Assembly (NCBI GenBank): GCA_963666975.2
Contig: CAXVYR010000003.1
Span: forward strand, 384,001-448,000
From: Terriglobia bacterium
Lineage (GTDB): Bacteria > Acidobacteriota > Terriglobia > 2-12-FULL-54-10
Length of the DNA stretch: 64,000 nt
Direction of reading: 5' to 3'
Position 1 is the first letter of the stretch. Every line of letters starts with the position of its first letter. Position numbers and translations under genes: made by a program. Under the pieces are notes generated by a model. That model saw only the letters and a list, made by a program, of their open reading frames with translations, did not search any database and had not been told where the DNA came from. Positions 29,667-37,846 of this stretch are shown in pieces.

Positions 29667-30747
29667 GGATTTCTGCGGTAATCTGGCCGCGTTGGAGCTG
29701 ATCCAGGGCATGATGACCAGGGGCAGGATGCCCCATGCGTTGATTTTTTCCGGCCCGACCGGAGTAGGCAAATACACTTTGGCGCAGATGCTGGCCAAGG
29801 CTCTGCATTGCACGGAACGGCAGAATGATTTTTGCGGCGAGTGTCAAAGTTGCCAGTCGATTGGTCTGACCGATGACCGGCGAGCGGCGGTGGAGCAGGC
29901 CGAGGAGGACAGGGAAAAGCTCACCAAGCGCCCCCGCGAAGTTCCTCTTTTGCTCCAAAACCATCCTGACGTTCTGTTGTTGCCGCCCAACGGGCCGCTG
30001 CGCCTGTTCCAAATTGAGCAGGCCCGGCACCTGAAGCAGGCGCTCACTTTTTTGCCTGCCGGCGGCGGAAAAAAGATTTTCTTATTGCCGGAAGCGGAAC
30101 GAATGGACCGGGCGGCAGCCAACTCGCTGCTGAAGTCGCTCGAAGAGCCTCCGCCCTACGCGCTGCTGCTGCTGACCACCCCGAACGAGATGGCGCTTTT
30201 GCCCACCATCCGCTCCCGTTGCGTCACCATCCCGCTGTGTTCGCTGCCACGAGAGCAGGTTGCGGCCTTTCTGGAAAGGGCCGGCGTGGGGCGCGACGAA
30301 CAGGAGCGCAACTTGCGGGCCGCTGTTTCCCGGGGCTGTCCCGGCCTGGCCCGGCGAATCGACATGGAGCATTATTGCCGTCTCCGGGACGGACTGCTTG
30401 CGATCCTGCGGTCGGGCATAGAGCGGAAAAACTTTGCCGAATTATTCCTCCAGACTCAAAAATTCGCCAGCGAAAAAGAAAACCTTGAAAATTTACTAGA
30501 CGTCCTATATAGTCTCCTTCAAGATATCCTCCATATAGAGGCAAGGGCCAGCAAGGAGCCACTCCGAAATGTGGATCGGGCATCGGTTTTGTCGCAGATG
30601 GCGCGTTCTGTGGGTATAGGAGAGGTCATGCGCGCCTCTCAGGCTCTCTGCAATCTGGAGGCAAACCTGCGGCGCAACGTTCCGACGCAGATCGCCCTGG
30701 ATGCCTTTGCCGTCAGCATGGTTCCGGCTCGCCGGATCTCTGTTTGA
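29656..30747 (+). CDS. holB: DNA polymerase III delta' subunit
   Basis: HALIFSGPTGVGK, CGECQSC, HPD, AANSLLKSLEEPP, LPTIRSRC; follows tmk. Confidence 0.93.
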   Translation: MGFEDFCGNLAALELIQGMMTRGRMPHALIFSGPTGVGKYTLAQMLAKALHCTERQNDFCGECQSCQSIGLTDDRRAAVEQAEEDREKLTKRPREVPLLLQNHPDVLLLPPNGPLRLFQIEQARHLKQALTFLPAGGGKKIFLLPEAERMDRAAANSLLKSLEEPPPYALLLLTTPNEMALLPTIRSRCVTIPLCSLPREQVAAFLERAGVGRDEQERNLRAAVSRGCPGLARRIDMEHYCRLRDGLLAILRSGIERKNFAELFLQTQKFASEKENLENLLDVLYSLLQDILHIEARASKEPLRNVDRASVLSQMARSVGIGEVMRASQALCNLEANLRRNVPTQIALDAFAVSMVPARRISV

Positions 30748-31044
30748 GGATCGAGATAATTCGGCCCCATTGCCCCGGCCTGAGGATTATCGGTAAGCCT
30801 GCTTACTCCACGAGCGGTTTTGCATCGCCAGAACAACGGTGGAAACACGGCAGGCAGGAATGGAAATAAACCACTAAAGAATGCCCATTTCCGGGCGAAG
30901 AGTAATGCAAGTGGTGTAGAAACGGCCTGGAAGAACGGATCGACCCGAAAAAAATCCTTCCTAGTCCCTGCCGTGATATTGCGAGTGGGAGCGGCGGCGC
31001 TTCCTGGCCGCACTGGATGAAAAGAAGAAGGTGAGGAGAAGAAA

Positions 31045-31344
31045 GTGAACCGTAAATTGATTCGCCCGTCCTTGACGGATCTAAAAGATCAGATGGGCCC
31101 CCGGCAGCAGCGAAAAAAGCCGGCCCCGCCGGACCAGACGAACGCCGAAAATTTTTATTACGTGAAGCAGATGCAGGCGAAGACTCCCATGGTGATCGTC
31201 TTGCAAGATGGTGAGCAGATTCGCGGGGTGATCGAATGGTATGACCAGAATTGCATCAAGGTGAACCGCGTGGCGGAACCGAATCTGCTGATCTATAAAC
31301 CCTGCATCAAATATCTTTACAAAGGTAACGAGAAAGAAAACTAA
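31045..31344 (+). CDS. hfq: Hfq-family RNA chaperone
   Basis: Sm-like pattern IVLQDGEQIRGVIEWYD...LIYKPCI; GAGGAG SD, GTG start. Confidence 0.75.
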   Translation: MNRKLIRPSLTDLKDQMGPRQQRKKPAPPDQTNAENFYYVKQMQAKTPMVIVLQDGEQIRGVIEWYDQNCIKVNRVAEPNLLIYKPCIKYLYKGNEKEN

Positions 31345-31477
31345 ACCCGCCGGCACTCATTCCGTTTAGTGCGGACGTTGCGAGTGCCCTGTTCTCAGGC
31401 CGCAAAAAGCTAAAGCCGTTGGCTGGATCTGCGGCTGCCGAATACGATCCGGAATATCCCCTGTCAGAAAAAATCGT

Positions 31478-31981
31478 TCAGTTCACTCTGGCTGATTTGC
31501 TGCGCAGTTGCTGTATTCGTCGGCGTCTCCTGTTTCCAGCCTCGCGATAACGCCTTTTTTCAGTTCTGGTTTCAGGAAATATTTGAGGCACCGGTTTCGG
31601 TTTTCCGTTTTCATCAATGGCCACGAATGTGAGGTAAGCCGAACTGGTGTGCCGCCTTCGGCTGGTGAACTGCTCCTCCCGAAACACCTTAACCCCCACC
31701 TCCAGGGAACAGTGAAAGACGCGGTTTATCGAGGATTTCAATACAATCACCTCGCCCACACGGATGGGACAGCGGAAGTCCATGTGATCGACCGCTGCGG
31801 TGACCACAAAACTGCTCGAATGCCGGTGTGCGGCAATGGCAGCCGCGATGTCCACCAGATGCATCACTTTTCCGCCCAGGATGGTGCCCAGGGGATTTGC
31901 GTCATTGGGCAGCACCACCTGGGTGAGCTCGGATTGAGACTGGCGAACAGTCTTGCGGAGCGGAAGCGTCTTTTTCGACAT
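31478..31981 (-). CDS. Acyl-CoA thioesterase (hotdog fold, YciA-like)
   Basis: VLPNDANPLGTILGGKVMHLVD, SAYLTFVAID. Confidence 0.93.
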   Translation of the reverse strand: MSKKTLPLRKTVRQSQSELTQVVLPNDANPLGTILGGKVMHLVDIAAAIAAHRHSSSFVVTAAVDHMDFRCPIRVGEVIVLKSSINRVFHCSLEVGVKVFREEQFTSRRRHTSSAYLTFVAIDENGKPKPVPQIFPETRTEKRRYREAGNRRRRRIQQLRSKSARVN

Positions 31982-32024
31982 GCGAACCTCCGTGAACGGG
32001 CACAACCTGGCTTACTGCCGGTGG

Positions 32025-32555
32025 TTATTTTCTCTTCTGGCGCATGGCAGTATCGGACGGCTGTGATTTGCCGCGAGGAATGGTCAATGTCTGCCAATTG
32101 TTTCCAGCAAAGTGTTTTGCCAGGAACGCGATCTGTCCCACATGGTAAGCGCAATGCCTCATCTGCTGCTGGATTGCTTCCAAGGCAGGCTGGGGCTGGG
32201 CGCGAATGAAGACGGTTTTGTGAAGATCGTCCGGAGTGAGGCTCTCAAGCGTTTCAAAGACACATCGACACCCGGCCTCCCAATGCTCCATTCGGCTTTC
32301 CCGCGTATCGCCGGGTTCGGTGAGGAACTCCATGTCACGATTTCGGTCCGGCTTTTCGCCGTCCGAGGAGAGGAAGTCGGACCACCGCGACCGCATATTG
32401 CCGGCGAGGTGCTTCATGATGACGGCGAGGCTGTTCGACTCCGGGTCGAGGGATGTGAACAGGTCCTCGTCGCGCACCTGGGCGATGGCCCGGTCAGCCC
32501 AATTTTTGAGTTTGCGAAATTCAGCAAGGGTCGCTTCAATCATGATTGCTGCCAT
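32025..32555 (-). CDS. DinB-superfamily protein, DUF1572-like
   Basis: ESNSLAVIMKHLAGNMRSRWSDFLSSDGEKPDRNRD, HCAYHVGQI. Confidence 0.88.
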   Translation of the reverse strand: MAAIMIEATLAEFRKLKNWADRAIAQVRDEDLFTSLDPESNSLAVIMKHLAGNMRSRWSDFLSSDGEKPDRNRDMEFLTEPGDTRESRMEHWEAGCRCVFETLESLTPDDLHKTVFIRAQPQPALEAIQQQMRHCAYHVGQIAFLAKHFAGNNWQTLTIPRGKSQPSDTAMRQKRK

Positions 32556-32607
32556 CCTGCGCGCTGCAAACAGGTGCTCCGATCCCATCCCGGCAAAGGG
32601 AAACGGA

Positions 32608-33426
32608 CTAAGGTCCCGCCTGGAACTCCGACAGAATCGCCTCGGGCGCGGTGAAATAGCGGTCTGGCACATCCGTGTAGATGCCCACGTTGCGGAACAT
32701 AGTCTTGCGGGTTGGATCATCGGAAGCGACTTTCTCCAAGGCAAGCCGGATGCCGCCAAATTCCTGCCAATCGGACCATTTTCTGTATGTGCGGGGCACT
32801 TTCCTTCCTTTCAGCACATAACCCCATTGGTCCATCATGTGGGTCTGCTTGTTGACGTAGCCCCAGAAGATGTCGTCGGGGGTCAGGCCGACGTTGTCGT
32901 AGGTCAGCCGGACCACGTCGTAGGCCTTCCCGTCAATCTCTTCCTCACCTTCATATTTCAAGCTGACGCCGGGGTCTTTCCACTTGAATGGCATGTAAAA
33001 CCAGTAGCCGTCGTTGATATAGCGCTGGTAGCCGAAGTCCACCCATTTCTGGTTTTCTTCGGCGGCAACCGGCTGTCCATCCATGTAGGCGGAGCCTTCT
33101 TTGGAATTCACGTTGAAGAGCACCGTCAGCAGCTTTTCTTCGTTCATGGTGTCCACGCGGTATCGCCCGGTGTGCTTGTCCCAAAGATGCTGCACCTGGC
33201 GGCCGATATTGCCCTCCCGCTCGGTGACGTAGTCGTAGCGCAGGAATCGTGCGCGATTCCAGGCGTCCATGCCGCCCAGAGATTGCGCCAGTTCATCGGC
33301 CACCTGCATGGCGCGCGCGTCGGAGCCGGAAGGGTCGAATGCTTGCGGCGGAGATTGCTGTCCCTTTGTTCCGGCGACTCCCGCCAGGGCGCACAGAACT
33401 ACTAGCAGGGCCCGTTTTACTTGCAT
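32608..33426 (-). CDS. Secreted hypothetical protein (LolA-like beta fold possible)
   Basis: Signal peptide; LGGMDAW, INDGYWFYMPFKWKDPGV, VGLTPDD; GGAGG SD. Confidence 0.7.
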   Translation of the reverse strand: MQVKRALLVVLCALAGVAGTKGQQSPPQAFDPSGSDARAMQVADELAQSLGGMDAWNRARFLRYDYVTEREGNIGRQVQHLWDKHTGRYRVDTMNEEKLLTVLFNVNSKEGSAYMDGQPVAAEENQKWVDFGYQRYINDGYWFYMPFKWKDPGVSLKYEGEEEIDGKAYDVVRLTYDNVGLTPDDIFWGYVNKQTHMMDQWGYVLKGRKVPRTYRKWSDWQEFGGIRLALEKVASDDPTRKTMFRNVGIYTDVPDRYFTAPEAILSEFQAGP

Positions 33427-33582
33427 GCGGAACCTCCTTCTTTTCTATAGTACGAAGTTTCAGGAAACATTTGCTATCATACCGGAGGCGCTCAGGGGAG
33501 GCAAGCGCTCCGCATTTTTCACGCCTGGAGCCAGATGGACGCGCCCACCAAGCAAACACCAAGCAAACAAGGAGAAAGACTA

Positions 33583-33894
33583 TTGGAAAATAACCGGTTT
33601 GAGATTCTGACGCAGATGCTGGAAAAAAATCCGAAAGATTCCTTTGCCCGCTATGGCCTGGCGATGGAATACGCCAAGCAGGAAGAGTACGGCAAGGCAA
33701 TGGAGCATTACCGAAAGCTCTGGGAGTTGTTTCCGGACTACTCGGCGGCCTATTTTCAGGCCGCGCAAGTGCTGGCCAAGACGGGGGAGACGGAAGAAGC
33801 CCGGCAGGTTCTCCACAAAGGGATTGAGGCCGCCGGCCGCAGCGGAGATCTTCACACCAAAAGCGAAATGGAAGCAGCCCTGGAAGAACTCTGA
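33583..33894 (+). CDS. Tetratricopeptide-repeat protein
   Basis: PKDSFARYGLAMEY, PDYSAAYFQAA; TTG start after AAGGAG. Confidence 0.88.
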   Translation: MENNRFEILTQMLEKNPKDSFARYGLAMEYAKQEEYGKAMEHYRKLWELFPDYSAAYFQAAQVLAKTGETEEARQVLHKGIEAAGRSGDLHTKSEMEAALEEL

Positions 33895-33975
33895 GGGCAA
33901 GGAAGTTGGCAGAAAAGGTTTTCCAACAATGCGAATTCAGCAACTCGACCGGCAAGGCCTCGGCCTTCTCTTCTC

Positions 33976-34899
33976 ATGATTGTTGATGCCCGCTCCATTT
34001 CGAAACGCTTTGGAAACCGGCTGGTGGTGGATCAGTTGAACCTTCAGGTTCCAGCCGGAACCTGCTTTGGTCTCCTCGGCCCAAACGGAGCGGGGAAGAC
34101 GACGACGCTGCGCATGATCTACGGCGTCACAAAGCCTAGCAGCGGCACGATCCTGGTTTTTGGGTCCGACATCGCCCGCCATCTGCGCGCCGTGCGCTCC
34201 CGGCTGGGAGTGACCCTCCAGCATAACGTTCTCATCGAGCAACTCTCGCCTGTAGAGAACCTGCGGGTCTTCGGGCGTTACTATCTTCTGCGGCATGCTG
34301 ACCTGTCGAGTCGCATCGAGGAACTCATTGATTTATTCGAGCTGCGATCACACGCGCAGGTCCCCGTTAAAAACTTATCGGGCGGATTCAAGCGGCGGCT
34401 GGCCATTGCGCTTTCTCTCATCAACCGGCCCGAGCTGGTGATTTTCGACGAGCCGACAACCGGCCTGGACCCGGCCGTGCGCCTGGCCCTGTGGTCTCGC
34501 ATACGAACTCTGCAAGCTGCGGGCACAACCGTGCTGCTCACCACGCATTACATGGACGAGGCGCAACGACTGTGCGACCGTGTTGCCATCGTGTCCGGCG
34601 GGAAGATCATCGGTGAAGGGGCGCCAGCGGAACTCATCTCGAGCCGCCTGGCGCGAGAAACCGTGGAGTTCGATTGCGATCCCGAAGAAGAGTCGGCGCT
34701 GCTTGGCGGCAAGGGGACGGCCCTGCGGCACCTGCGCGTTGGCAGGCGGATCATGCTCTACCTGGACGACGTGACCGCCCACATTGACATGATCCGGCAA
34801 TGGGACCAGGGAGACCGCCGCGCCCTTGTGGTCCGGCCCACGAACCTTGAGGACCTCTTCCTGTCGCTGACGGGGACCAGCCTGGAGAACGACCTATGA
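33976..34899 (+). CDS. ABC-2 exporter ATP-binding protein (NodI-like)
   Basis: GPNGAGKT, LSGGFKRR, DEPTTGLD, TTHYMDEA. Confidence 0.92.
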   Translation: MIVDARSISKRFGNRLVVDQLNLQVPAGTCFGLLGPNGAGKTTTLRMIYGVTKPSSGTILVFGSDIARHLRAVRSRLGVTLQHNVLIEQLSPVENLRVFGRYYLLRHADLSSRIEELIDLFELRSHAQVPVKNLSGGFKRRLAIALSLINRPELVIFDEPTTGLDPAVRLALWSRIRTLQAAGTTVLLTTHYMDEAQRLCDRVAIVSGGKIIGEGAPAELISSRLARETVEFDCDPEEESALLGGKGTALRHLRVGRRIMLYLDDVTAHIDMIRQWDQGDRRALVVRPTNLEDLFLSLTGTSLENDL

Positions 34900-35663
34900 G
34901 TGTATCGGTTCCCCATGCTATCGCCGTGTGGCGGCGGAATGCGGCGATCTACAAGCGCACATGGCTGTGGAATATCCTGCCCAACTTCTTCGAGCCGATT
35001 TTTTACCTGGTTGCCATCGGCGTCGGCGTCGGCGCATACATTACGGAGATGGGCGGCACCTCCTACATCAGCTTCCTGGCTCCGGCTTTGGTCTGCGTCG
35101 CCGCGATGCACGGCGCCAGCTTTGAGGTGACCTACAACGTCTATGTGCGGCTCACTTTCGAGAAGACTTACGACGCCATGCTGACGACGCCCATCGAACC
35201 CGACGACATCCTGGCCGGCGAGGTGCTCTGGGCGGTCACGCGCTCCTCCATCTATGGCGGGGTCTTTTTTATTGTGATCGCTCTGGCCGGGCTTGCCCCG
35301 CTGCCTTCCGCGCTCCTGGTTTTGCCGCTGGTTCCTCTGACGGGGCTGTTGTTTGCCCTCATCGGGATGGCCTTCTCGTTGCGAATTCCAAGCATCGATC
35401 TGTTTAGCTACTACTTCACGCTGTTCCTGACACCGCTGTTTCTGCTTTCCGGAGTCTTCTTTCCGCTGGAGGAGCGCCTGTCGGAGGGCTGGCTGTGGGT
35501 CGCGGAAATCCTGCCGCTGCTCCATCCGGTTCGCCTGGCGCGGGCCGCCTTTCGAGGCGAGGCTTCTTTAGTTGTCCTGTGGGACCTCGCCTACCTGCTG
35601 GGCATGTCAATCCTGTTGGTGGTATTGGCGCGCCGCGGCGTCCAGCGGCGGTTGACGAACTAG
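34896..35663 (+). CDS. ABC-2 exporter permease (NodJ-like)
   Basis: AVWRRN, EPIFYL, YISFLAP, LSGVFFP; ATGA overlap. Confidence 0.9.
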   Translation: MSVSVPHAIAVWRRNAAIYKRTWLWNILPNFFEPIFYLVAIGVGVGAYITEMGGTSYISFLAPALVCVAAMHGASFEVTYNVYVRLTFEKTYDAMLTTPIEPDDILAGEVLWAVTRSSIYGGVFFIVIALAGLAPLPSALLVLPLVPLTGLLFALIGMAFSLRIPSIDLFSYYFTLFLTPLFLLSGVFFPLEERLSEGWLWVAEILPLLHPVRLARAAFRGEASLVVLWDLAYLLGMSILLVVLARRGVQRRLTN

Positions 35664-35722
35664 CGCAGTTCCACAGTTTGTGTATTCCATATTACGGTCT
35701 CGTCAGGGCAAGGTCGTGCAGG

Positions 35723-37453
35723 TCAGTTCTCGATGCGGGAAAGTTCCTCGCCCACTGTGTCCATCAGCGGTTGCAGCGTTTCGTAGCCAAAGCTGAACCG
35801 AGCGCCAGCCGCTTCAAACAGTTCGGGCAGCGGGCGAGTTCCTCCCAGCGCCAGCGCCTTCCAGTACCGCTCCACGGCGTCCCGGTAATCGGTCCGGCTG
35901 CGCATCCAAACCTGTAGCGCGCCGGTCAAGGCGATTCCGTACTCGATGTAATAGAAGGGGACCTCATACAGGTGGAGCTGGCGGTGCCACAGGTAGGTGC
36001 GATGCTCCTCGTACCCGGACCAGTCGACCACCGCAGAGAACCGGCTATGGATTTGCCGCCACGCCTGTGCGCGTTCCTCGCGAGTTTGGTCGGGGTGTGT
36101 ATAGACCCAATGTTGAAAGGCGTCGATCGTAGCGATCCAGGGAAAGATCAAGACGAAGTCTTCGAGCTTTGCACGATAAGCCCGGTTGCGGTCTTCCGGA
36201 TTCTTGTAGAACACATCGAGATGGGGAGTGGCGAGCAGTTCCATGCTCATCGAAGCCACCTCGCAGAACTCCGTCGGCGCATGGCGGTATTGGATGAGGG
36301 GCTCCTCGCGCGCGGCCAGCATGTGGAAGGCATGTCCGCCCTCGTGGAGCAATGTGCGGATGTCCAGGTCGCGGCCCACGGCGTTCATAAAGATGAACGG
36401 CCAGCGCCGTTCCTGCAATGTCTCCTGGTAGCCTCCCGGAGCCTTGCCCTTGCGGCTTTCCAGTTCCAGCAGTTGCTGTTCGGCCATAAACCCAAACTGC
36501 TCGCCCAGGGCCGGATCGACGCGAGTGAAAATTTCCCGCGTGCCCTGCACCAGTTCATCGGTGGTGGCAAACGGCCGCAGCGGCGGACGGTTCAGTGGGT
36601 CGGTTCCCAGGTCCCATGGTCGCAAGGTCTCCACCTGCAACAGCTTCCGCCGCTCTGTGTGGATCTTCTGGACAAGCGGCAGAACTGCCCGCTCTACGGC
36701 ATCGTGAAACTGGAAGCATTCTTCCGGTCCGTAGTCAAACCGCTGGTGCTGCTGGAAGGAGTAAGCTCGGTAGTCGGCAAAACCGGCGTTGGCGGCGATC
36801 TGTTTGCGGAGAGCGAACAGTTGCTCATAAAGCCCTTCCAGCGGTTCTTTCTCCTGCAGGCGGCGGTCAGCTATGGCTTCCCACACCTGCTGGCGCACGC
36901 GGCGGTCCGGGTCTTCCAGGGATTTGGCAGCCTGCTGCAACGTGCGCTCTTCTCCGTCAACCATCACCGTCATCGCGCCCGACAGCTTTTGGTATTCTTT
37001 GGTTTGCAACGCCTCCTGCATTTCCAGCGGCACATTCTCTTCCCGGAACAGGGCGACTTTGTTTTCGATCATTCGGTCCATCACCGCGTAGCGATCCGAG
37101 GGCAGCGACTTGCGATGCGGATTTTGCAGGTAGGCTTTTTCCAGGGATTGGATGAGCGGCTTGCTCTTGGGATCAATCTGTTCGACAAAGTTCTGGTAGG
37201 CGGTTTCCCTGACAGGGTCGTCGGTCTGCGTAGTCATCGCGATGTAGCGTACGGCTTTCTCCTCGTTGAGCGCGGCGCTGAATTCGGAGTAGTCCAGGAG
37301 CCACTGCTCCAGTTCTTCCGTGGACGATGCGTTGCGTTGAAGCAGTTCACCAAACAGCGGCGCGATCTGGCTCCAGTCGCCCATGTCGGCGGCTTTGGGT
37401 ACGAACTTTCTCGGGAACGGACGGCGCGGGTCGACCTGTATCAGTTTTTGCAT
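35723..37453 (-). CDS. pepF: M3-family oligoendopeptidase F
   Basis: GKAPGGY, HEGGH zinc motif, EVASMSME, PFYYIEY. Confidence 0.9.
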   Translation of the reverse strand: MQKLIQVDPRRPFPRKFVPKAADMGDWSQIAPLFGELLQRNASSTEELEQWLLDYSEFSAALNEEKAVRYIAMTTQTDDPVRETAYQNFVEQIDPKSKPLIQSLEKAYLQNPHRKSLPSDRYAVMDRMIENKVALFREENVPLEMQEALQTKEYQKLSGAMTVMVDGEERTLQQAAKSLEDPDRRVRQQVWEAIADRRLQEKEPLEGLYEQLFALRKQIAANAGFADYRAYSFQQHQRFDYGPEECFQFHDAVERAVLPLVQKIHTERRKLLQVETLRPWDLGTDPLNRPPLRPFATTDELVQGTREIFTRVDPALGEQFGFMAEQQLLELESRKGKAPGGYQETLQERRWPFIFMNAVGRDLDIRTLLHEGGHAFHMLAAREEPLIQYRHAPTEFCEVASMSMELLATPHLDVFYKNPEDRNRAYRAKLEDFVLIFPWIATIDAFQHWVYTHPDQTREERAQAWRQIHSRFSAVVDWSGYEEHRTYLWHRQLHLYEVPFYYIEYGIALTGALQVWMRSRTDYRDAVERYWKALALGGTRPLPELFEAAGARFSFGYETLQPLMDTVGEELSRIEN

Positions 37454-37576
37454 TAGATCACCTTCCGGCACATAAGCTAAGGAAACGCCAAACCCTGCGG
37501 GACGAAAAGGACCGGCGCAAAACGCCGGTGTTCGTTAGAGTAACGGAAGCCTGCTGGCAGCGCAAGAAGCGTTTAG

Positions 37577-37837
37577 CCGGTTGTTGAAAAACTGGTGTAA
37601 GGGTCCGCTTGCTGCTATCCCCTCGGCTTCGCTCCCTTCGGCTATGCTCCCTTCGGCTTCGCTCAGGGCAGGCAGGGCAAGCGGGACGGACGCGCGCGGC
37701 TCGGCAAGTGCAGCCCAATCAGCACGCCCATTCCGAGCCGCGACCGTAAGCAAGCGGTCACGAAACGCTGGTCGATTGAGCCATTTTTGGAACCGCTCCA
37801 TCACTGTCGCGGCTTGGACACGGTCTATAACAACTGG
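37577..37837. mobile_element. Composite MITE (shell B) with nested CCCTTCGGCTTCGCT units and a REP doublet
   Basis: Starts TTAG|CCGGTTGTTGAAAAACTGGTGTAAGGGTCCGCTTGC (inverted relative to 24440-24658); three 15-nt units; REP doublet at 37735-37815; right end degenerate. Confidence 0.75.
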
Positions 37838-37846
37838 AGAACCGCT

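Noticed and set aside
33547-33568. ACCAAGCAAAC repeated twice upstream of the TPR gene
   Set aside because: Too short, and only two copies, to assign a function.
33976-35663. nodIJ-like genes considered as evidence of Nod-factor export
   Set aside because: No nodABC in the window; this ABC-2 family is widespread.
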